A stretch of 64,000 nt of DNA from positions 65,261-129,260 of the IMG/VR virus record IMGVR_UViG_3300034159_000051; one strand, 5' to 3'. A model generated the notes under the pieces. It saw only the letters and a list, made by a program, of their open reading frames with translations. It was not told the origin of the DNA and searched no databases. A program made the translations under genes and the position numbers. The stretch comes from a virus. Below, in pieces: positions 56,690 to 64,000 of this stretch (within the stretch, counting starts at the first letter, position 1; the number at the start of each line of letters is the position of its first letter).

Positions 56690-57344
56690 CGAGATCTTTG
56701 AGAGCATCCAGGGCGAGGCGACCTGGACCGGAACGCCAAGCGTTTTTCTCAGATTGCAAGGCTGCGACATAGGATGCCCGTGGTGCGACACAAAGGCGTC
56801 CTGGATGCCGGCGTCGAGCCCGGAAGCCAAAGCGCTGAGCCTTTCAGAGATCCTCGCCAAAACGGACGCCGCCGCGACCTTCGCCATCCTCACAGAGAAG
56901 CAGATCGCAGCGATGCTCAAGACCAATTTCAGCGCGCGCCATATCGTGCTCACTGGCGGAGAGCCGTGTTCGCACGACCTCATGCCTTTGGCCGAGGAGC
57001 TGCTCTGCGAGGGGTTTGGCGTCCAGATCGAGACGTCCGGCGCCTACGAGATCAAGGCTCCGGACGCCGCCTGGGTGACCCTTTCTCCAAAGATCGATAT
57101 GCCGGGTTCTGCCGGGCCGCTCATCAACTCGCTCCTGCGCGCCGATGAAATCAAGATGCCGGTTGGCAAGATCGGCGACGTTCTTCGGTTGCAATCGCTC
57201 CTGCCGCACATCAGGCCCGGAACGTCGGTTTGGCTCCAGCCCCTTTCGCAGTCCGAGAAAGCGACGTGGGTTTGCATCAAGGCGGCGACGAAGAATGGGT
57301 GGCGCTTGTCGCTTCAGACTCACAAATTTATCGGAGTGCGCTGA
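56673..57344 (+). CDS. queE: 7-carboxy-7-deazaguanine synthase (radical SAM)
   Basis: EIFESIQGE, GCDIGCPWCDT, TGGEP, IETSG, LSPK, RLSLQTHK. Confidence 0.93.
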   Translation: MLYPVNEIFESIQGEATWTGTPSVFLRLQGCDIGCPWCDTKASWMPASSPEAKALSLSEILAKTDAAATFAILTEKQIAAMLKTNFSARHIVLTGGEPCSHDLMPLAEELLCEGFGVQIETSGAYEIKAPDAAWVTLSPKIDMPGSAGPLINSLLRADEIKMPVGKIGDVLRLQSLLPHIRPGTSVWLQPLSQSEKATWVCIKAATKNGWRLSLQTHKFIGVR

Positions 57345-57354
57345 AACAGAAAAA

Positions 57355-57398
57355 GGAAGCCCGGCGAAGGTGGCAGACGCCGGGCTTCCTTTTTTTTA
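57355..57398 (+). terminator. intrinsic terminator
   Basis: GGAAGCCCGGCG...CGCCGGGCTTCC + T-run. Confidence 0.75.
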
Positions 57399-57633
57399 TC
57401 ATCCCGAGGCAAATCGGTAGAAAGACTATGCCTGATTTGCATAAGTGACGCAAGCCGGCGGCCAGAACGCGCCAGAAAAAATATCCACAGGCCCTTTGAA
57501 TTCCCTTGATATTCATCCGACGGTAATGTAGCTAAAAAAGCATGGGTCGCAATCTCTAAGGCTGCGTGCTCGGCTTTTCTCCCGATAAGTCATCGCAAAA
57601 GGCTGCAAGTTGTCGTGGGCTTGCAGCCTTTTT

Positions 57634-58134
57634 TTATACTGCAGCTCTCCGGTACGACGCTAGACTGCACCACAAATTCGCGACAGCGCCTTCCGCAAAG
57701 ATCGACGGCGCCCCCCAGAGAAAGTCAGGATAACCGGCCATCCAATGCGGCGTGTGTGGCTCACAGCGCTTTAGGACAATGCCGATCACGGATCCTCGGT
57801 CATCTTGACGCAATGCTGCGGGGCAGGCCCCAATAAGGGACACAAGGTCGAGCGCGCCTTTGTAGCCCGCATTTTTTAGCGTCCGCTTCCAGCGCAAGTC
57901 ACACCACAACAGCGTCAGCGCTTCCTCTTCCGTCTCCGCTTCACCGCATAAACGAAACGTATCATTTTCGAGATACCCGGCGCACAGCCGGTTTTCCGAA
58001 CCTGAAAAAATAAAGCATGCGATCCCGTTGTCTCGTATGCGCTTTCCAAGAAGCCGATTGCAATCCTTTGAGATGGCCTCAACTGTCATCTCGCCGGAGT
58101 AGCCGTCACAGGCGAGGGTGGTTCGCCAGTCCAT
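57634..58134 (-). CDS. hypothetical protein
   Basis: ORF in the leftward mini-operon with the ligase. Confidence 0.45.
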   Translation of the reverse strand: MDWRTTLACDGYSGEMTVEAISKDCNRLLGKRIRDNGIACFIFSGSENRLCAGYLENDTFRLCGEAETEEEALTLLWCDLRWKRTLKNAGYKGALDLVSLIGACPAALRQDDRGSVIGIVLKRCEPHTPHWMAGYPDFLWGAPSIFAEGAVANLWCSLASYRRAAV

Positions 58135-58452
58135 CACGCCGCCCAATCTTTCGCCTTGATCCGAAATTCTTCCGGGCAGGCAGGATGAGCGAGCACGGCG
58201 CGGCCTTCCGCTATGGCGTCGATGATCCGACGGGATAAATCCTTCGGGCTTCCAGCCATCGCATCGTCTTTCGCTTCGAACAAGCGCCCCTCAAGGCCGC
58301 ATAAGCTCTGAGGAGTTCGCCCCCAGGCGCACGGCTCGATGTCGCATTTTTTGCCTGTGACGGGATCGATCCTCCCGGCGCAATAATGGGTGTACTTTAG
58401 AGACGCTTTCGTGTTCAAAGCCCTCGCAGTCTCTTCGTCAACGCGGTGTTTG
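58134..58452 (-). CDS. Cys-rich hypothetical protein
   Basis: MKFCVDCKH...CGLEGRLFE; AGGGATCAG RBS. Confidence 0.6.
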
Positions 58453-58524
58453 CAGTCCACGCAGAATTTCATCTCTCTGATCCCTTTCTGGTTTTCGTGA
58501 GCATCTCGCATTAAGCACGCAAGT

Positions 58525-59265
58525 TCATGGTCGCCAGTTCCAGACTGGAACATCTGAAACGGCGCCGGTCACATCAGGCAAATACTTTCCATCCGCTTTG
58601 CTTGGGCGAACCCATTTTACGATGAAGTCGAACTCGCCTTTGCGCTCGACTCGCCAGACGGCGCCTTCCGGGTCGACGCAGCCATGATCCCCGTTCCCAT
58701 GGAGCGCCATTGCTTCTGCAACTGATATTGGCCCGCCAACCGAAAGTAGCTTTGGCATTGCTATCCCGTGCATTAAGCAGCGGTCGCGAAATTCATCGAA
58801 CGGCTTTCTCTTTTGCTTGACCATCAAATCAAACGCAGCAAAAGGGCCAAGAGGGAGGCTGTATAGCGTCCCATGCGCCTGTGCGAGCCATTCGCCGACA
58901 AGTCGCTCACCGTCGGAAAGAACATCGCGCCAAAACTCTTCTCGCTGGCGCACCCAATATGCGAACAGCTGATGTTGTTCGTACTTGCTCGATTGAGCAA
59001 GATACCCGGCGCGCCCAAGCGCGTAAATGCTATCGCCGACGCGCGCTATACCAACATTCGAGCCGTCCAGCTTTTCTGTGACGATAATGCGATCATGCTT
59101 ATCGCGCGCCTTTTCGGTCGCGATGCGCTGCTGGCCTTCATGACAGGCATGATCGCCCGGACCCATACGGGAACAAGGTAGATGTGGGATTGAGCCATAG
59201 TTCTTTCTGTCGAGTGGCTTAGCCGCACTCCATGTCGTCGACATTTCGATCTGATCCCTTTTCAT
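58525..59265 (-). CDS. Rnl2-type ATP-dependent RNA ligase
   Basis: YGSIPHL, TEKLDGSN (motif I), GEW, FDL, EGAVWR; true start may be ATG 59244. Confidence 0.85.
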   Translation of the reverse strand: MKRDQIEMSTTWSAAKPLDRKNYGSIPHLPCSRMGPGDHACHEGQQRIATEKARDKHDRIIVTEKLDGSNVGIARVGDSIYALGRAGYLAQSSKYEQHQLFAYWVRQREEFWRDVLSDGERLVGEWLAQAHGTLYSLPLGPFAAFDLMVKQKRKPFDEFRDRCLMHGIAMPKLLSVGGPISVAEAMALHGNGDHGCVDPEGAVWRVERKGEFDFIVKWVRPSKADGKYLPDVTGAVSDVPVWNWRP

Positions 59266-59404
59266 TCAGAAGACGAAGATATACCCGCGTTCGCTCCAAA
59301 CCTCAAGCGACGCGGCATCCGAGGAAACCGCGCGACTAAAGGGTGGTGGGCGACGCGGTGCCTGCATGCCACCCACTTTTAAACATCTAAAAAGGAACAG
59401 CACA

Positions 59405-60118
59405 ATGGCGCGCACTAGCAAGAGCGCTGGCCATCCTGCTCCCGTTGTCGTGTCTCAGCCAGTACAGGACGAGGCCCCGAAGCGGAAGCGTGGAGCCCAG
59501 CCCGGAAACAAGAATCGCATCAAGGCACGCGTATCCAAGATTGACCTTGCAGTCGATCAATCCGATACGCCGGTCGCCGCTGCTGGCGCGCCTGCTGTTG
59601 TCGGAGACGCCCCGAAGCGCAAACGAGGCGGACAGCCTGGGAATGGGAACTCGAAGGGCCATGGCAAAGGGAGGCCCCGCATTCACCCGCTCCCGGATCC
59701 CAACGTGCCCCCGAATCCGAGAGGACGGCCCGAGGTGATGACCCTGGACGCCGACACCCTCAAGCGCATCAGCCTTCTCGCAAAGGTGCGCTCGACATTG
59801 GAAGAGGCCGCCGCGCACTTCGACGTCGCCACATCGACTTTCCATAATTTTTTGAATCATAACAAAAGCGCCATGGACATGTGGACTAAGGGCGCCGCCC
59901 AGTTCAACACGTCCCTGCGCTCGAAGATGATCGAGCTGGCCAACGCCGGCAATCCCACAATGCTGATCTGGCTCAGCAAGCAGTTCCTTGGAATGAAGGA
60001 CAAGCATGAGCACTCGGGCGACGCCGCCTCGCCGATCCGCCACGAGCACAAGATAGCGCAGACACCGAAGGAAGCCGCGGATGCTTATGCCGAACTCATC
60101 CGGGGCGTCGCAGTCTAG
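59405..60118 (+). CDS. terminase small subunit
   Basis: RGAQPGNKN motifs, HTH (EAAAHFDVATSTF), MLIWLSKQFLGMKDK.EHSG; upstream of TerL. Confidence 0.8.
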   Translation: MARTSKSAGHPAPVVVSQPVQDEAPKRKRGAQPGNKNRIKARVSKIDLAVDQSDTPVAAAGAPAVVGDAPKRKRGGQPGNGNSKGHGKGRPRIHPLPDPNVPPNPRGRPEVMTLDADTLKRISLLAKVRSTLEEAAAHFDVATSTFHNFLNHNKSAMDMWTKGAAQFNTSLRSKMIELANAGNPTMLIWLSKQFLGMKDKHEHSGDAASPIRHEHKIAQTPKEAADAYAELIRGVAV

Positions 60119-61784
60119 CGAGGATTGGCCGCCGAACTATCTTCGGGTCTACACGGACCGCGCGGAGCGCCTTATCAGGCTCCGCGAGCGTCCAGAATAT
60201 TGGGCCGGCGCGCTCGCCTTTTATAAGGACAGGCCCAAGGAATTCATTACGGATTGGGTCGTCACTTATGACCCGCGCATCGCTACCGGCGACATCCCGG
60301 CTCGACTCCCTTTCATTCTGTTCAAGCGGCAGCGCGAGTTTGTCGATTTCCTTTGGGAGGCCGTCCAGGCGCAGGAAAACGGCCTCGCCGAGAAATCGCG
60401 CGACGTCGGCGCGACCTGGATTTGCTCGGCTTTTTCGGTATGGCTCTGGCGGTTCTGGGGTGGCGCCTCGATCGGCTGGGGATCGCGTAAAGAGCAGCTC
60501 GTCGACAAGATCGGCGATCCAGATTCGATCTTCGAAAAGATGCGCATCATCATCATGAGCCTGCCGCAGGAGTTATGGCCCGCGGGTTTTCGGCCTGATG
60601 TGCATATGACCTACATGAAGATCATCAACCCAGAAACCGGGTCGACGATCACAGGCGAGGCGGGCGACAATATCGGGCGTGGCGGCCGGAAGCTCGTGTA
60701 CTTCAAAGACGAGTCCGCCCACTATGAGCGACCCGAGAAGATAGAGGCGGCGCTCGCCGACAATACGCGCTGCCAGATCGACATCTCTAGTGTTCACGGT
60801 CTCGGCAATGTTTTTCACCGGCGCCGGGAAGCTGGCGTCGAATGGACGCCGGGCGACGGCATCGCCAAGGGCAAGACGAACGTTTTTATATTCGACTGGC
60901 GCGACCACCCGCAGAAAACGCAGGCGTGGTATGACGATCGACGCACAAGATCTGAGTCTGAGGGGCTTCTGCATCTTTTTGCGCAAGAGGTCGATCGGGA
61001 TTATAGCGCGGCCGTCGAGGGCGTCATCATCCCGGCCAAATGGGTTTCGGCGGCGATCGACGCGCACCTCAAGCTTGGGTTCGACGAGAGCGGAGGCTGG
61101 TGCGCCGGCCTCGACGTCGCCGACGGCGGCGGGGACCGCAACGCGCTCGCGGTTCGCAAGGGCGTGATCCTCAAATCGATCGAGGAGTGGGGCGCGCGCG
61201 ACACCGGCGAGACCACGCGGCGCGCTCTCAAAACATGTTCTGACGTCATGGAGCACACTCTTTTTTCGCTGCAATATGATTGCATTGGCGTCGGGGCGGG
61301 CGTCAAAGCAGAGGCAAATCGGTTGTTTGAGGAACGGCTCGTCCCGCGAAACTTGTTTTTCGCGCCCTGGAATGCCGGGGCCGCCGTCCTCAATCCCGAG
61401 TCTTATGTCATTCCGGGCGACCGGAATAGCCCGAAGAATAAAGATTTCTACAAAAACCTGAAGGCTCAAGCATGGTGGCAGATGCGGCTTCGGTTCGAGC
61501 GAACATACCGGGCGATCCACGAGAAGGGGTTCACTTGGGATGCGGGCGATCTGATCAGTTTGCCATCGACGCTGCCTCTCCTGCGCAGCCTGCAGAAGGA
61601 GCTGAGTCAGGCGACCGCCTCGCAAAATCCCCGCATGCAGATGGTCGTCGACAAGGCCCCGGAAGGAACCAAGTCGCCGAACCTCGCGGATGCGGCGGTG
61701 ATGGCGTATTGGCCGGTCGGGCGCATGCCGATGATCGTGAGCGACGATGCGGTGCGCAATGCTCACCGGCAGGGACCGCGGTGA
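60081..61784 (+). CDS. terminase large subunit
   Basis: EKSRDVGATW, GRGGR, FKDESAH (Walker B), nuclease GLDVADGGGD, KSPNLADA. Confidence 0.93.
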   Translation: MLMPNSSGASQSSEDWPPNYLRVYTDRAERLIRLRERPEYWAGALAFYKDRPKEFITDWVVTYDPRIATGDIPARLPFILFKRQREFVDFLWEAVQAQENGLAEKSRDVGATWICSAFSVWLWRFWGGASIGWGSRKEQLVDKIGDPDSIFEKMRIIIMSLPQELWPAGFRPDVHMTYMKIINPETGSTITGEAGDNIGRGGRKLVYFKDESAHYERPEKIEAALADNTRCQIDISSVHGLGNVFHRRREAGVEWTPGDGIAKGKTNVFIFDWRDHPQKTQAWYDDRRTRSESEGLLHLFAQEVDRDYSAAVEGVIIPAKWVSAAIDAHLKLGFDESGGWCAGLDVADGGGDRNALAVRKGVILKSIEEWGARDTGETTRRALKTCSDVMEHTLFSLQYDCIGVGAGVKAEANRLFEERLVPRNLFFAPWNAGAAVLNPESYVIPGDRNSPKNKDFYKNLKAQAWWQMRLRFERTYRAIHEKGFTWDAGDLISLPSTLPLLRSLQKELSQATASQNPRMQMVVDKAPEGTKSPNLADAAVMAYWPVGRMPMIVSDDAVRNAHRQGPR

Positions 61785-61851
61785 GAAACGCCAAGCCTCT
61801 GCAACAGGCCATCCATAGGCCGATCCTTACAAACCGACTGGACAACGATCG

Positions 61852-62169
61852 ATGGTGAGCAAAACCCAGATGGCCGCAATAAGAAGCCTCTGGCCAGACC
61901 ATTGCCTGACCGAGGTCGCCGAGAAAACGAATCTCGCCAAAAGTACGGTGTGGCGACTCGCGAATGCGATGAAGCTTCCGGCAAAGCCTAAGAATTTCCG
62001 GCGCACAAGCGCCAAGAAAATGGAGAAGGCCCGCAAGGTTTTGGTTATGCGCAACGCCGGCGGGCATACGTGGCAGAACATTGCCGACGCGTTCCATCTC
62101 CCGTCCAGGGGGGTGGCCTACACGCTGGCGGAGTACGCCCGCAGCAAAGCCAAGGAAAACGAAATCTGA
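61852..62169 (+). CDS. small double-HTH protein
   Basis: EVAEKTNLAKSTVWR and TWQNIADAF motifs. Confidence 0.55.
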   Translation: MVSKTQMAAIRSLWPDHCLTEVAEKTNLAKSTVWRLANAMKLPAKPKNFRRTSAKKMEKARKVLVMRNAGGHTWQNIADAFHLPSRGVAYTLAEYARSKAKENEI

Positions 62170-63962
62170 TGCAAGAGCCCCTCTTTCCAGGCATGGAGCA
62201 ACAGCCGCAGGAGCCGAAGCGGCTGGGCCGCGGGCTTGGCCGTGCTCGGCCAGAGGCGGCGATTGCAGGCGATGACGCCCCGCAGGCCCCCGCAGGCCGC
62301 AAACCTTGGAAAATCACATTCGAGGCGCTGGCGAACGCTCACGTTCGGCCGGCTACCCCGCGCGATAAGGTCGGCGATCCTTTCGAACCCTATCAGCCGG
62401 CGCCGGGAGTCCTGCCGGCCGGAGAGAGCGCGCAAATGGCGCTCGACGACGTCAGCAGCAGCGTCATCGGCTGGGCCGGGCAAGGCGCGGGATTCTACGG
62501 GTCCGACATCTACGAAGAAGGCCAGACCTTTCTCGGATATCCGCAGCTGTCCCTTATGGCCCAGCGTCCGGAATACCGGGTCATTTCCGAGACCCTCGCC
62601 GACGAAGCCACCCGCAAATGGATCGAGATCAAAGCGGCGAGCGAGGATGAGGACAAGTCGGAAAAAATCAGACTGATCGAGGAGGAATTCAAACGCCTTC
62701 GCGTCCGCGAGTGCTTCCGGAAGGCGGCGGAGCAGGATGGATTTTTCGGCAGGGGCCACATCTATATCGACACCGGGGACACGGAAAATGCGCCGGAGTT
62801 GGCGACCAACCTCGGCGACAGCCGCAGCGCCATTTCTAAGGGAAAAGTCAGCCCAGATCATCCCGTCAAGCGACTGATCAATGTCGAGGCCGTCTGGACA
62901 TATCCAAGCTTTTACAACTCCACGAACCCGCTCGCAAAGGATTGGTATCGCCCCGCGTCATGGTATGTCATGGGGCGGCAGGTCCACCAATCGCGGCTTT
63001 TGACTTTCGTGGCGCGCGAGGTGCCCGACCTTCTGAAGCCCGCGTACTCTTTCGGCGGGCTCAGCATGAGCCAAATGGTCAAACCCTACGTCGATAATTG
63101 GGTCGTTACGCGCCAAAGCGTCCAGGCGCTGATCAAGGCCTTCTCAACGTTTGTTCTCAAGACCAACATGGCCGGCACGCTCTCGATGGGCGGCGACGAT
63201 TTCTACAAGCGCCTCGATATTTTCAACGCCACGCGGGACAACCGCGGCGTGATGGCGATCGACAAGACCGAGGAGGATTTCGCCAACGTCAGCGCGCCCC
63301 TTGGCGGGCTTGATCATTTGCAGGCGCAGTCGCAAGAGCATATGGCGAGCGTCTCGAAGATCCCACTCGTGAAACTGACAGGAATTTCGCCGTCCGGCCT
63401 GAACGCATCGTCAGAGGGCGAGCTTCAATGTTGGAACGACGCGGTGCATTCCTATCAGGAGGCGTTTTTCCGGGCGCACCTCGAAACCGTTCTGAATTTC
63501 GTTCAGCTCTCGCTTTTTGGGGAGCTTGATCCAGGCATCGTCATCGAGTTCTTGCCTATCGTAGAGCAGAGCGAGATGGAAAAAGCGCAACTTCGTCAGA
63601 CTGAGGCGCAGACCGATCAAGTTTTGGTCGAGATCGGCGTCATCAGTCAACAAGAGGTGCGCAAGCGCGTCGCCACCGACCCCGATACCCCGTATGCGGG
63701 CCTCGATATCGACGAGATGCCGGACCTGCAAGGCGAGGAAGCGGCCGGCCTCATGCCCGGCGAGCAACCCGGCGAGGATCCCGTCCCGGAAAAGACCGAT
63801 CACAGTCAGCGCATCAGCGCGCTTTTCGGCGGCGAAGGCAAAAAATCGAAGGCCCCTCCGCCGTTCGGTCAAGACGCCGCTCTTGGCGACCAGCCGAAGC
63901 GTAAGCGTGGACGCCCGCGCAAATCCAACGCGGACACCGGCCCATGCCCGAGCCAAGTCTGA
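62169..63962 (+). CDS. portal protein (DUF1073 family)
   Basis: FLGYPQLS.MAQRPEYR, VHQSRLL, KPAYSFGGLS, IPLVKLTGISPSGLNASSEGE; follows TerL. Confidence 0.88.
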   Translation: MQEPLFPGMEQQPQEPKRLGRGLGRARPEAAIAGDDAPQAPAGRKPWKITFEALANAHVRPATPRDKVGDPFEPYQPAPGVLPAGESAQMALDDVSSSVIGWAGQGAGFYGSDIYEEGQTFLGYPQLSLMAQRPEYRVISETLADEATRKWIEIKAASEDEDKSEKIRLIEEEFKRLRVRECFRKAAEQDGFFGRGHIYIDTGDTENAPELATNLGDSRSAISKGKVSPDHPVKRLINVEAVWTYPSFYNSTNPLAKDWYRPASWYVMGRQVHQSRLLTFVAREVPDLLKPAYSFGGLSMSQMVKPYVDNWVVTRQSVQALIKAFSTFVLKTNMAGTLSMGGDDFYKRLDIFNATRDNRGVMAIDKTEEDFANVSAPLGGLDHLQAQSQEHMASVSKIPLVKLTGISPSGLNASSEGELQCWNDAVHSYQEAFFRAHLETVLNFVQLSLFGELDPGIVIEFLPIVEQSEMEKAQLRQTEAQTDQVLVEIGVISQQEVRKRVATDPDTPYAGLDIDEMPDLQGEEAAGLMPGEQPGEDPVPEKTDHSQRISALFGGEGKKSKAPPPFGQDAALGDQPKRKRGRPRKSNADTGPCPSQV

Positions 63963-64000
63963 AACCTCGTAAGAGCGCCAGAACGGGGGAAAGGGTTCTG

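Overview
A 64-kb segment of a tailed dsDNA phage or prophage, probably infecting Alphaproteobacteria (GapR/DUF2312 gene; TTGNCA/TTGCC-17-GCTANA promoters). No integrase is in view. Left to right: a CI/S24-type repressor; a replication block (initiator with internal iterons, split primase-helicase, MTase, dCTP deaminase, GapR, AAA ATPase); a nuclease-less Nop/IS110-C-terminal-like protein followed by 26 stem-loop dual-spacer units, i.e. a TIGR-TasA-like RNA-guided system with a tRNA-Arg(TCT) and a small ORF inside the array; an RNA-maintenance block (nucleotidyltransferase, HD hydrolase, four tRNAs, Ro60/TROVE, four tandem Y-like RNAs); ssb, tRNA-Met and an unknown ~220-nt structured RNA; an FtsK/membrane-protein module with a repeat-rich cis region; ~18 kb of small leftward early genes; a 7-deazaguanine DNA-modification cluster; an RNA ligase; and terminase and portal genes. 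Main observations: (i) the last bases of the two spacers in each unit covary, suggesting an 8+8-bp target rule; (ii) under that rule, the guide next to the embedded tRNA spells a tRNA-Arg(TCT) anticodon arm that the phage's own copy mismatches at two positions; (iii) a non-canonical RBS-position motif, AGGGATCAG, precedes about 30 genes. All family assignments are by eye; no searches were run.
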